A program made the translations under genes and the position numbers. The notes under the pieces are model-generated. The model saw nothing but the letters and a program-made list of their open reading frames with translations, ran no database searches and had not been told where the DNA came from. Positions 34,229 through 43,688 of a stretch of 64,000 nucleotides of DNA are shown one piece after another; within the stretch, counting starts at the first letter, position 1; each line of letters begins with the position of its first letter. Location: contig JANNXA010000007.1 of assembly GCA_031409275.1 (NCBI GenBank), positions 32,001-96,000 of the forward strand. The letters are read 5' to 3'. Source of the stretch: Planctomycetota bacterium (GTDB lineage: Bacteria > Planctomycetota > B15-G4 > SIAN01).

Positions 34229-35317
34229 TCAGCGATCGATCGGAAGCCCCGCTTCCTTCCACTTGCCGAAGCCGCCAATCATCGAGATCGGGTCGTGCAC
34301 GACGCCGAGGTAGGCGAGAGTCTTCGCTGCGGTCGTCGAGCGCACACCGCTGCGGCACGAAATCACTTCCGGAGGCCGCGCCCGCAGCTCGTCGAGCGCG
34401 AAGCCGAGCTCCGAGAGCGGGAAGTTCAAAGCGCCCGGAATACGCCCATCGAGCGCGAGCTCCCACGGATCGCGCACGTCAATCCACTCACCGCGGGCGG
34501 TGAGCTGTTCGCGACGCGACGCGAGCTCGTCGCAACGCGCCTCGCGGACCTTCGCACTCGCGACCGCCGCGCCGCCCATCGAGCAGCACGCCGCGACGAC
34601 GCTTGGGCCATCGGGCAGCTGCGGCGTTGCGGCGAGGTTGGTGGCCAACATCGCATCGACCTCCGGCGTGTTGCCACGCCCCTCGACGGCGCCGAGCGCG
34701 GCGGCGTAGGCGCGGCCGTCGGCGTAGCGCAGCGCGGGATTGTGCGCGCGCTCATGGCCGATGGTGGTGAAGAGGAGGTCCTGGTAGCCGTGACCCGGAA
34801 GCACGACGGTGGCGTCGGGCAAGGACATCAGCTTCGTGCGCACGGACTCGAAGAGCTGCGCCGGATCGCTGCCGCGGAAGTCGGCGCGCGCCAGGCCGCC
34901 GACCAGCAGCGTGTCGCCGCATGCCACGAAGCCGTGGCCGAAGAGCGCGATCGAATCGGAGGTGTGGCCGGGCAGCGATCCGACGCGCAATCGCAGATTC
35001 CCGACCGCCAGCGTGTCGCCGTCCGCCAGCCGATCGACGGCGCGCTCGCAATTCGTCGCCGCCCCCATGGCGCAACGCACGCCGCGCGCGAGCCACGCCG
35101 CCGAATCGGAGAGGTGATCGGCGTGCGTGTGGGTGTCGACCACCACGGCCAGCTTGAGCCCGTAGTCGGCGAGCGCCTTCTCGTAGACCGCTCGCTTGCC
35201 GGCCTTCGGGTCGATCAGCAGCGCCTGCCGCGTCGCGGTGCAACCGATCAGGTGCGTCTGGCACCCTGAATCGGCGAAGGTCTTGAGGACGAACGGGCGG
35301 GCGGCGGCGGCGGTCAT
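34229..35317 (-). CDS. MBL-fold persulfide dioxygenase-like protein fused to rhodanese
   Basis: DTHTHADH, PGHT, GDTLL...ARADF, PGH, ERAHNP; C-terminal IDVR...CRSGVRS...GGFGKW. Start is 35317 or 35329. Confidence 0.9.
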   Translation of the reverse strand: MTAAAARPFVLKTFADSGCQTHLIGCTATRQALLIDPKAGKRAVYEKALADYGLKLAVVVDTHTHADHLSDSAAWLARGVRCAMGAATNCERAVDRLADGDTLAVGNLRLRVGSLPGHTSDSIALFGHGFVACGDTLLVGGLARADFRGSDPAQLFESVRTKLMSLPDATVVLPGHGYQDLLFTTIGHERAHNPALRYADGRAYAAALGAVEGRGNTPEVDAMLATNLAATPQLPDGPSVVAACCSMGGAAVASAKVREARCDELASRREQLTARGEWIDVRDPWELALDGRIPGALNFPLSELGFALDELRARPPEVISCRSGVRSTTAAKTLAYLGVVHDPISMIGGFGKWKEAGLPIDR

Positions 35318-35479
35318 GAGGCTCTCCATCGAGGCGGCCGATCATCGGCAAAAGACGCACCGTCGGCCAGTCGCCCGTCGAGACACCGCCTCTTGTCGGA
35401 AGCGCCGCCAGCTGGGATCGTGAGCGCCGCTGTGGCCCGCTTTGGACCGCGGCTGCTGCCGGCTGGAGTGCTTGCGACC

Positions 35480-36103
35480 ATGGCCGCGACCGATCGCCCG
35501 CTCGACGACATCGTCGCGACGCTGCAGAGCCTCGACGCCGCGGAGTTCACGCACGATCGGCTCGGCGAGATCCTCGGCGCGCGCCCGATCCGCGACAGCT
35601 CCTGGCTCGCGCGCGTCGCCTTCCGCGACGACAAGTACGCGCGCCACTCGATCTGTCGCACCGAGCTGTTCGACATGATCCTCCTCTGCTGGAAGCCCGG
35701 CCAGGTTTCGCCGGTGCACAATCATCAGGGCAATTCCGGCTGGGTGCGCGTGCTCCGCGGCCGCATGGAAGAGACGCACTGGAAGGCGCCCGACTGGGTC
35801 ATCGCCGGCGTCCCGATGCCTCACCCCGCTTCCGAGTTCGACATCGACGACGAGGGCGTCGGCCACGGCATCAAGCTCTCCAAGGTGCAGCAGTTCGTCC
35901 ATGCCGCGGGTCCAGCTGTCGCCTCGGTCGACCGTCAGCGGCCGATCCACCAGCTCGGCAATCCCAAGCGCCACGCCGACGACGAGCCTGCCGTCACGCT
36001 GCACGTCTACTCTCGCCCGCACGACGCCTGCCTGACCTTCGACACCGAGAAGAACACCTGCCGCCGCGTCGAGCTGCGGTTCGACACCGTCGCCCAGAGT
36101 TGA
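35480..36103 (+). CDS. Cysteine (thiol) dioxygenase family protein
   Basis: YARH (Arg-type), CWKPGQVSPVHNH (two His ligands), IHQL (third His), TLHVYS. ATG 35480 follows GGAG. Confidence 0.9.
   Translation: MAATDRPLDDIVATLQSLDAAEFTHDRLGEILGARPIRDSSWLARVAFRDDKYARHSICRTELFDMILLCWKPGQVSPVHNHQGNSGWVRVLRGRMEETHWKAPDWVIAGVPMPHPASEFDIDDEGVGHGIKLSKVQQFVHAAGPAVASVDRQRPIHQLGNPKRHADDEPAVTLHVYSRPHDACLTFDTEKNTCRRVELRFDTVAQS
36013..36103 (+). repeat. 91-bp direct repeat, copy 1 (3' end of the dioxygenase gene including its stop)
   Basis: 88/91 identical to 38535-38625. Confidence 0.95.
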
Positions 36104-36199
36104 GGGGCCGCTCGCTGCCGCGACCGGCTGACCGCCGCCACTTCCGTCGACACCAATGGGGAACGCGCCACCCGCGCATCACTAGCTGGAGGCTCCTCG

Positions 36200-38434
36200 A
36201 TGATCCGCGCCGCTGCCGCCTGCCTTGCGCTCACCGCCGTCGTCGCCGCCGAGGCGCGCGCCGATGGATGGCAGATGCTGGTCCACCAGCCGTACGCACA
36301 GAAAGCCAACACGGCGTTCCTGCTGATGGACGGCCGCGTCCTGGTGAACGACTCTCAGTCAAAGCGTTGGCGACTCCTCACGCCCGCGAGCGATGGCAGC
36401 TACCTGAACGGTACCTGGTCGCTCGCTGCCAACTCGATCGACGACCACCTCTACTTCGCGTCGGGCGTGCTGCGCGATGGCCGGGTGCTCGTGGCCGGCG
36501 CCGCGGTCAGCAACAGCGGCGGGTTCGACAACATCGAGATCTACGACCCGCTCCTCGACGTGTGGACGGCAGCGGCCACGCCCCAGTGGCCGGCGATCAA
36601 CGCGGCGCCCGGCGCCGTGCTTCCCGACGGCCGCTTCTTCATGGGTTACATCAACGATCGGCGGTGCGCGATCTACGACCCTGCGACCGACCAGTGGAGC
36701 AACTCGACCAACAACCCGCGATCGCGCGGCTACCGCGAAGGCTGGACGCTGCTGCCCGACGGAACGGTACTCAAGTGCGATGTCGCCTCGAATCCGCAAT
36801 CGCACCTCTACGACCCCACCGCCGATGCCTGGACGATCCTTGCCGACACTCCGGTCGACCTGGTCGGCAACACGAGTGACATCGGCCCCGCGATCTTCCG
36901 GAACGACGGCAGCTGCGTCTGTTTCGGTGCGACGCAGCACAATTGCCAATACGTACCCGCGGCCACGCCCGGTGGCGTCGGAACCTGGACGCAGCTGGCC
37001 GACTACCCGAAAGTCAACGGGAGCCTTGTGACGGCGGACTACTCGAGCGCGGTCCTGCTTCCCAATGGCGACATCTTCTGCGCGCTCGGCGACCCGCAGC
37101 GAGCGCCGACCTACTTCTTCACGTTCGATGGTGTCACCTTCACGCGAATCACGGACGCGCCGAACCAATCGGGAGTCGCGTACGCGGGGCGCCTGCTGTT
37201 GCTCCCCTCCGGCGAGGTCCTCTACACCAACGGCGATGTCTCCCTCTACTCGCCGGACGGTGCCCCCGACCCGAGTTGGAAGCCCACGATCACCGCCGTC
37301 CCGCGCGACTTGATCCCCGGCACGACCTATCGCGTCGAGGGCACGCAGCTGAACGGCCGCTCGAACGGCTCCAACTACGGCAACGGCGCCGGGATCGCCA
37401 CCAACTACCCGCTCGTCCGGCTGCGCTTCGAGAACAGCGGCCATGTCGTCTACTGCCGCGCCTTCGAGCCCAGCACGATGGGCTACGCGACCGGCGCCGC
37501 GCTCCACTCGACCCGCTTCGTCGTGCCGAGCGGCGAGACCGGACCGGCGCTGCTCGAGGTCTGCGCCAACGGCATCGCGTCGGACAGCGTGAGCGTCACC
37601 GTCCGCGACCCGATCGCGATCGACTTCGACGCGCTCACGCTCGGCAGCGTCGTGACCAGCCAATACGCGGACGCGACCTTCTCCGCCGAGAGCGGCCACG
37701 AGAACCTCGTCGTCGCAGCGACCGCCGGAGCGAGCGCGCCGCACATGCTCGCCACCGCGCCGATCGGTGGACTCCCCGACGGCTCTCACTCCACGATCGT
37801 CGACTTCCCCTGCCCGGTCGCCTCGCTCTCCTTCGCCGCGATCGGCGTCGACAGCGTCGGCACCGCAGCCACTGTCGATGTCTGGAGCGCTGGCATTCTC
37901 GCCGGCTCGATCGACGTGGCTGGCACCGGCACGCCGGGCGTCCCGGTGCGCATCGACCTCACCTCCTTCACCGAGGTCACGCGCCTCGAGATCCGCTCGA
38001 TCGCCGACGTCGGCGGCATCGGCTGGGACGACTTCCTCTTCTGCGAAGCAACCACCGCCGCGTGGAGCAACTACGGCGCCGGCTGGCCCGGCACGCTCGG
38101 AGTGCCCGGTTTCACCTGCAGCACGCAGCCGGTGATCGGCACGACGCTCACCGCGAGGATCGACAACTCCGCCGGGATCACCACCATCGCCGTGGTCCTG
38201 CTCGGAGTGCAACAGGCCCAGATCCCCACTCGCAAGGGCGGCGACTTCCTCGTGCTGCCGTTGCTCTCCTTCACGTTTTCGATGCCGCCCGGCACCCTCA
38301 CGCTCAATGCCGACCTCGACGACGACCCGACGCTGTGCGGCCTCGAGTTCTTCGCGCAGGCGCTCGAGCTCGATTCCGGCGCGAGCGGCGGCCTCTCCTT
38401 CACGCCGGGATTGAAGCTCGTGCTCGGCCACTGA
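36200..38434 (+). CDS. Secreted kelch/galactose-oxidase-like beta-propeller protein with C-terminal beta-rich domains
   Basis: GGAGG SD and signal peptide. Repeated L-L-P-D/N/S-G-x-V-L and IYDP...W blades; TNYPLVRL. Confidence 0.85.
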   Translation: MIRAAAACLALTAVVAAEARADGWQMLVHQPYAQKANTAFLLMDGRVLVNDSQSKRWRLLTPASDGSYLNGTWSLAANSIDDHLYFASGVLRDGRVLVAGAAVSNSGGFDNIEIYDPLLDVWTAAATPQWPAINAAPGAVLPDGRFFMGYINDRRCAIYDPATDQWSNSTNNPRSRGYREGWTLLPDGTVLKCDVASNPQSHLYDPTADAWTILADTPVDLVGNTSDIGPAIFRNDGSCVCFGATQHNCQYVPAATPGGVGTWTQLADYPKVNGSLVTADYSSAVLLPNGDIFCALGDPQRAPTYFFTFDGVTFTRITDAPNQSGVAYAGRLLLLPSGEVLYTNGDVSLYSPDGAPDPSWKPTITAVPRDLIPGTTYRVEGTQLNGRSNGSNYGNGAGIATNYPLVRLRFENSGHVVYCRAFEPSTMGYATGAALHSTRFVVPSGETGPALLEVCANGIASDSVSVTVRDPIAIDFDALTLGSVVTSQYADATFSAESGHENLVVAATAGASAPHMLATAPIGGLPDGSHSTIVDFPCPVASLSFAAIGVDSVGTAATVDVWSAGILAGSIDVAGTGTPGVPVRIDLTSFTEVTRLEIRSIADVGGIGWDDFLFCEATTAAWSNYGAGWPGTLGVPGFTCSTQPVIGTTLTARIDNSAGITTIAVVLLGVQQAQIPTRKGGDFLVLPLLSFTFSMPPGTLTLNADLDDDPTLCGLEFFAQALELDSGASGGLSFTPGLKLVLGH

Positions 38435-38534
38435 TCGAAGCCCAAGCCCGCTCGCGAGGCAGCCGACGCCCGATGCACGGCGGCGCGTCGTGAGCGGCGC
38501 CGGCTAGCGGGCCTGGGACGCACTGGCGTTCTCG

Positions 38535-38625
38535 TCGCCCGCACGATGCCTGCCTGACCTTCGACACCGAGAAGAACACCTGCCGCCGCGTCGAACTGCG
38601 GTTCGACACTGTCGCCCAGAGTTGA
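38535..38625 (+). repeat. 91-bp direct repeat, copy 2 (orphan dioxygenase 3' end)
   Basis: Encodes RPHDACLTFDTEKNTCRRVELRFDTVAQS* with no upstream gene body. Confidence 0.95.
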
Positions 38626-38712
38626 CCGGAGACGCCCGCAAACGCGGGCTTCGTTTCACCGCGGCTACCATGCGCGTTCGTCGCGAACGGAGAGGCTCGC
38701 GACGCGCTGGAT

Positions 38713-39714
38713 GTGCCGCCTGTGACGAACCGATCTCCTGCGGTGGCCGCGCCGTCCCCTGGACTGGTGCGCGTGCTGTGGCTCGCCGGCCTCTACAACC
38801 TGGCGTGGGGCGCGTTCGCGGTCCTCTTCCCCTCCACGCTGTTTCACTGGTGTGGGATGGCGCCGCCCGACTACCTGTGGTTGTGGCAATGCATCGGGAT
38901 GATCGTCGGCGTCTACGGAGTCGGCTACCTGATCGCCGCCCGCGATCCGCGCCGCCACTGGCCCATCGTGCTGGTGGGCCTGCTCGGGAAGATCTTCGGC
39001 CCGCTCGGCTTTGCGATGCAACTGGCCGATGGCGCGGTGCCGCTGCGATTCGGCGCCACGATCCTCACCAATGACCTGATCTGGTGGGTGCCGTTCACGT
39101 TGCTGCTGTGGGATGCGGCGCGCTCCGCCGACGCGCCCGCTTCCAACACGCCACTGCAGTCGGTCGCGGAAGCGCTTGCCACGCGAAGCGTCGAGGGCGG
39201 TCGCGACGCGGGTGTGGCGCTCGATGCACTGTCGCGGTCCGCTCCGCTGCTGATCGTCTTCCTGCGCCACTCCGGCTGCACGTTCTGTCGCGAAGCGCTC
39301 GCCGACCTCGCCGCGCAACGAACGCGGATCGAAGCCGATGGCACGCGCCTGCTCCTCGTTCACCTCGCGAGCGACGCGGATGCCGCCGCGTTCTTCCGCG
39401 GCTTTCGACTCGACGACGTGGCGCGAATCGCCGATCCGCAGCGCTCGCTCTATCGCGCCTTCGCGCTCGGACGCGGGAGCTTCTGGCAACTGTTCGGGCC
39501 GCGCATCTGGTGGCGCGGCTTCATGGCCGGTGTGGTGCGCGGCCACGGCGTCGGCCGTCTCGCCGGCGATGGGTTCCAGATGCCCGGCACTTTCCTCGTG
39601 AAGGATGGCGCGATCGTCGCCGGCCGCGCGCATCGCGACGCCGCGGAACGGCCCGACTACGCCGCGCTGGCCTGCTCGGTACGCGGTCCATCAACGCGGG
39701 AAGCTCCTCGATGA
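38713..39714 (+). CDS. Membrane domain fused to a peroxiredoxin-like (AhpC/TSA-2) redox domain
   Basis: N-terminal TM region (WQCIGMIVGVYG...NDLIWW). FLRHSGCTFCRE CxxC, ADPQRSLYRAF, QMPGTF. Confidence 0.85.
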   Translation: MPPVTNRSPAVAAPSPGLVRVLWLAGLYNLAWGAFAVLFPSTLFHWCGMAPPDYLWLWQCIGMIVGVYGVGYLIAARDPRRHWPIVLVGLLGKIFGPLGFAMQLADGAVPLRFGATILTNDLIWWVPFTLLLWDAARSADAPASNTPLQSVAEALATRSVEGGRDAGVALDALSRSAPLLIVFLRHSGCTFCREALADLAAQRTRIEADGTRLLLVHLASDADAAAFFRGFRLDDVARIADPQRSLYRAFALGRGSFWQLFGPRIWWRGFMAGVVRGHGVGRLAGDGFQMPGTFLVKDGAIVAGRAHRDAAERPDYAALACSVRGPSTREAPR

Positions 39715-40151
39715 CCCTCCCCACGATCGAGCTGCGAGTCGTCCATGCGCTGGCCACGCTGCCGTTGGCGGGACTGATCTGGACCGTGCAGCTGGTCCAC
39801 TACCCGCTCTTCGAACAGGTCGGCGAGGAGGCGTGGCCCGCCTATCACCGACGGCACTGCGCGCGCATGAGCTGGCTGGTGGGACCGCTCATGGCGGTCG
39901 AGGCACTGGCGGCGGCACTGCTGCTGACCGACGCCTGGCAGCGAGGCGATCGAGCCGCGCTCGAAACGGCCGGCGCACTGCTCGTCCTCGTCCACGGAGC
40001 GTCGACGGCGTTCGTGCAGATGCCACTGCACGCGGCGCTCGGCCGCGGCTTCGACCGCCGCCGCATCGCGCTCCTCGTTTCCACCAACTGGGTGCGGACG
40101 CTGGCGTGGTCGGCACGTGCGTGGATCGCGGTCGAACTGCTGCGGCGTTAG
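39711..40151 (+). CDS. Hypothetical 4-TM membrane protein
   Basis: ATGA overlap. GLIWTVQLVHYPLF...H, PLH, NWVRT conserved-looking motifs. Confidence 0.75.
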   Translation: MTLPTIELRVVHALATLPLAGLIWTVQLVHYPLFEQVGEEAWPAYHRRHCARMSWLVGPLMAVEALAAALLLTDAWQRGDRAALETAGALLVLVHGASTAFVQMPLHAALGRGFDRRRIALLVSTNWVRTLAWSARAWIAVELLRR

Positions 40152-41056
40152 CCCGGCTCGGCGGGACTCTCGGCCTCCGGTTTCGCATGTCGCGGCGCGG
40201 TCGTGATGCGTTCCACCTCGGCACGCGCTTCCGCCTCGGCCTGCGCCTGCTCGTCGTCCTCGGCCACGAAGCCGAGCGTCGGCGGCGCCTTCAACTCCTC
40301 CTCGCTTGGCGCCTTGCTCGACCACAGCTCGGCGGCCGGTTCCCACCGTTCGGGGATCTCGCGCAGCGCCTCGATCACGATCTCGCCGAACGCCGCGTCC
40401 TGCACCGCCCGGATCACGCAGGCGCGCATCAGCTCGAGCACCGCGAGGAAGTGGCCGATCAGGTCGACCCGCGAGGTGTCGCTCTTGAAGATCTCGTGGA
40501 ACGCCAGCTTCGGCGATGCGCGCAGCGCGCCGAGCAGGTCGCCGATGTAGTCGGAGAGCGGGCGATCGGCGACGATCGTCTTTCCGCTCTGCTGGTCGAG
40601 GCCGGTGTCGGCGAGCACCTTCCGGAACGCCTCGACCAGATGCCACAGCCCGAGCTCTTCGAGCGGCACGCCGGCGTCGGTCACCTGCGGCCGACTCTGG
40701 TGGATCAGGTCGCGTCCCACCGAGCGGCGATCGAGGATGCGCGTCGCCTCCTTCAGCTGCCGGTACTCGAGGAGCCGCTGGATCAGCTCCTCCTCGGGAT
40801 CGAGCTCGCGCGCCAGATCGACCTCTTCGCGCGGCAGGAGGCTCCTCGCCTTGATCGCCATCAGCGTCGTCGCCATGACGAGGAACTCGCCGGCGGTGTC
40901 GACGTCGATCGACTTCAGGTCCTTCAGGTGCGCGAGGTACTGGTCGCAGATGCGGATCAGCGACACCTCGCGGATGTCCATCTCCTCCTTCTGCACCAGG
41001 TAGAGCAGGAGGTCGAGCGGACCCGCGAAATTGCCGAGTTCGAAGTGGTGGTCCAT
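40148..41056 (-). CDS. scpA: Segregation and condensation protein A
   Basis: FAGPLDLLLYLV, EFLVMATTL..IKAR.LLP, FLAVLEL. Confidence 0.92.
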   Translation of the reverse strand: MDHHFELGNFAGPLDLLLYLVQKEEMDIREVSLIRICDQYLAHLKDLKSIDVDTAGEFLVMATTLMAIKARSLLPREEVDLARELDPEEELIQRLLEYRQLKEATRILDRRSVGRDLIHQSRPQVTDAGVPLEELGLWHLVEAFRKVLADTGLDQQSGKTIVADRPLSDYIGDLLGALRASPKLAFHEIFKSDTSRVDLIGHFLAVLELMRACVIRAVQDAAFGEIVIEALREIPERWEPAAELWSSKAPSEEELKAPPTLGFVAEDDEQAQAEAEARAEVERITTAPRHAKPEAESPAEPG

Positions 41057-41063
41057 CGCGTCG

Positions 41064-41792
41064 TCAGCGGCCGTAGCCGTACAGCGGCATGCCGCCCGGC
41101 ATCAGCGCACCCCACAGATCGCCAAGCGGGAAGAGGATCGAGCGCTGCATCTGGCTCAACACGCCAAACCACATCAACGCGAGCAGCAGGAGGATCCCTG
41201 CGCCTCCGCTCAGGCGGTAGTAGAGCTCGCGCAGCTTCGGCGGCAGGAAGTAGCCCGCCACGCGATGGCCGTCGAGCGGCGGGATCGGGAGCATGTTGAA
41301 GACCGCGAGGTTCAGGTTGAGCTGGATCGCCTGGATGATCATCAGCGACGACAACTTGCCTGGATCGATGTTGCGCAACTCGGTGTGGAACCAGTAGGCG
41401 GCCGTGAAGAAGAGCGCCAGCAGGATGTTCATCGCCGGCCCGGCCGCCGAGGTCAGCATCATGTCGCGCGTCGGCTTGCGCAGATTGAAGGGATTCACGG
41501 GAACCGGCTTGGCGGCGCAGATGCCGATCGGCGTGCCCTGCAGCGGACCGAACAACATCATCAGCGGCATGATCACCGTGAAGAACAGGTCCATGTGGAC
41601 GATCGGGTTCAGCGTCAGCCGGCCCATGCGCTCGGCGGTGTCATCACCGAGCTGCTTCGCGCTCCAGGCGTGGCCGTACTCGTGGAACGACAGCGAGATC
41701 AGCAGCAGCACGTAGAAGACGATCTTCGAGATCGTCACTTCGTCGAGGTCCATCGCCGCGTAGCGCGCCGGCTCGAAGAGGAAGGCGGGCAT
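41064..41792 (-). CDS. Site-2 protease (M50) family zinc metalloprotease
   Basis: HEYGH, GRLTLNP, AKPVPVNP, AAGPAMN, FNMLPIPPLDG. Start is 41792 or 41753. Confidence 0.9.
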   Translation of the reverse strand: MPAFLFEPARYAAMDLDEVTISKIVFYVLLLISLSFHEYGHAWSAKQLGDDTAERMGRLTLNPIVHMDLFFTVIMPLMMLFGPLQGTPIGICAAKPVPVNPFNLRKPTRDMMLTSAAGPAMNILLALFFTAAYWFHTELRNIDPGKLSSLMIIQAIQLNLNLAVFNMLPIPPLDGHRVAGYFLPPKLRELYYRLSGGAGILLLLALMWFGVLSQMQRSILFPLGDLWGALMPGGMPLYGYGR

Positions 41793-41936
41793 GGCGACGG
41801 CAACCACTCCTCGGGCGGCGCGGCGCGCGGCCCGGTCAGGGAAGTCGGACGGGGGACGCGGGTACCATACTTCGCGCCCGCGCCCCCCGGAACCCGCGCG
41901 CAACGAGCCGGTGGCCGCGCTTCGCGCACGAGGACC

Positions 41937-42935
41937 ATGGCCGACAACGACTTGTCCCCGCCGGCGCTGCTGCGTGCGGCGCGCGACGTCCTCGAACAGG
42001 AGGCGCGCGCCATCCTGCGTCTCGCCGAGCAGCTCGGGCCGGCGTTCCTCCAAGCGGCCGAGTTGCTGCGCGCCTGTCGCGGGATGGTCGTCGTCACCGG
42101 CATGGGCAAGGCGGGTCTCGTGGGCGCCAAGCTCTCGGCGACCCTCGCGTCGACCGGAACGCGTTCGCACTTCCTCCACCCCGCTGAAGCCGCCCACGGC
42201 GACCTCGGCCGCCTCGACGAGCAGGACCTCGTGTTGGCGCTGTCGTTCTCCGGCACCACCGAGGAGGTCGTGCGGCTGCTCGAGCCGATCCGTCGCATCG
42301 GCGCCCGGTTGATCGCGCTGACCGGCCACCCGGAGAGCCCGCTCGGGCGCTACGCCGACCACGTGCTCGACGTCGGCAAGGTCGTCGAGGCGTGCCCGCT
42401 CGGGCTCGCCCCCACCACCAGCACGTCGGTGATGCTCGCGCTCGGCGACGCGCTGGCGCTGACGGTGATGCGGCTGCGCAACTTCTCGCCGGAGGATTTC
42501 GCGCGCTTCCACCCGGCCGGCGCGCTGGGGCGCAAGCTGCTGACCGTCGGCGAGGTGATGCGGCGCGGTCGCGATGCGCCGATCGTCGCGTGCGGAACGC
42601 GGTTGATCGACGCCGTGAAGGCGATGACCGACACGCGCGCCGGCGCCGTCACCGTGGTGGACGCCGGCGGCAAGGCGATCGGCTTCTACACCGATGGCGA
42701 TCTGCGCCGGAACCTGCTGCAGCGCGAAGACCACGGCAGCGTCGACCTCGCCGGGCCAACCATCGACGACGTGATGACGCGCTCGCCAAAGACCATCGGA
42801 CCGAGCCACCTCGCCACCGAGGCGCTGCACGTCATGAAAGAGCGGCAGTTTGACCAGATCCTGGTCGTCACCGACGATGGGCGCCCCGCCGGCCTGCTCG
42901 ACGTGCAGGACCTGCTGCGGGTCGGCCTCGTCTAA
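41937..42935 (+). CDS. kdsD: Arabinose 5-phosphate isomerase (KpsF/GutQ family, SIS plus CBS)
   Basis: TGMGKAG, ASTGT, HPAEAAHGDLG, EACPLGLAPTTS, FHPAGALG, two CBS domains. Confidence 0.94.
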   Translation: MADNDLSPPALLRAARDVLEQEARAILRLAEQLGPAFLQAAELLRACRGMVVVTGMGKAGLVGAKLSATLASTGTRSHFLHPAEAAHGDLGRLDEQDLVLALSFSGTTEEVVRLLEPIRRIGARLIALTGHPESPLGRYADHVLDVGKVVEACPLGLAPTTSTSVMLALGDALALTVMRLRNFSPEDFARFHPAGALGRKLLTVGEVMRRGRDAPIVACGTRLIDAVKAMTDTRAGAVTVVDAGGKAIGFYTDGDLRRNLLQREDHGSVDLAGPTIDDVMTRSPKTIGPSHLATEALHVMKERQFDQILVVTDDGRPAGLLDVQDLLRVGLV

Positions 42936-43093
42936 CGACCCGCTCACCGGAAACCGCACTCTCCGCGCAGAAATTGGCATCTGCGGCGCCGCTGAAATTC
43001 CTATTCAGCACGCTGCCGCACGTCATTTCGAGTGATGGTGCGGAAACAGCGGGAGAAAGATCCCCGCCACCTGAGTTGATTGAGGGAGCCTCC

Positions 43094-43660
43094 ATGGTGC
43101 GGAAAGCGAAATCGGAGAAGTCAGCCGGGCCTGCGCCGCTCGAGCGCAAGCAGCTCGCGCGCATCGTGCTTCTGGCGATGGATGTCGACGGAACGCTCAC
43201 CGACGGCACCATCTCGCTGTCGGAGTCGGGCGAGGAAACCAAGGCGTTTCACTCGCGCGACGGCATCGGGCTGCGGCTCTGGAAGCTGGCCGGCCACGAG
43301 TCGGCGTTCATCACGGCACGCCGCAGCAAGGCCGTGACGCGCCGCGCGGGCGAAATCGGCGTGCGCGACGTGATCCTCGGCTCGAACGACAAAGGCGCGT
43401 CCTTGCGCGAGCTCTGCACCAAGCGCGGGGTCGCGCTCGACCAGGTCGCCTTCATGGGTGACGACCTGCAGGACCTCGCGGCGCTGCAGATCGCCGGCTT
43501 CTCAGTCGCTGTCGCTGACGCGCCGATCGAAGTGCGCCAGCGCGTCCACCTCGTCACCCGCGCGCGCGGCGGCGAGGCCGCGGTGCGTGAAGCGATCGAG
43601 ACGATCCTGAAAGCACAGGGCCGCTTCACCGCCGCCGTCGCCCAGTTCGCGCGCGACTGA
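43094..43660 (+). CDS. kdsC: KDO 8-phosphate phosphatase (HAD)
   Basis: DVDGTLTDG, RDGIG, MGDDLQD, GGEAAVRE; GAGGGAG SD; follows kdsD. Confidence 0.92.
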   Translation: MVRKAKSEKSAGPAPLERKQLARIVLLAMDVDGTLTDGTISLSESGEETKAFHSRDGIGLRLWKLAGHESAFITARRSKAVTRRAGEIGVRDVILGSNDKGASLRELCTKRGVALDQVAFMGDDLQDLAALQIAGFSVAVADAPIEVRQRVHLVTRARGGEAAVREAIETILKAQGRFTAAVAQFARD

Positions 43661-43688
43661 CGCCGATTCCTTTACTCTCTCGCCTTCG

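Noticed and set aside
36013..38625. 91-bp repeat pair as a diversity-generating retroelement TR/VR
   Set aside because: Differences are not adenine-specific on either strand, all are synonymous, and no reverse transcriptase is in the window.
38713..39714. Second selenoprotein in the peroxiredoxin-like gene
   Set aside because: Its motif is CTFC with ordinary Cys codons and there is no in-frame UGA.
40148..41056. scpA without scpB/smc as a Wadjet/Mks-like defence system
   Set aside because: The sequence is a canonical ScpA next to housekeeping genes. Dispersed smc/scp genes are common, and no jet/mks partners are present.
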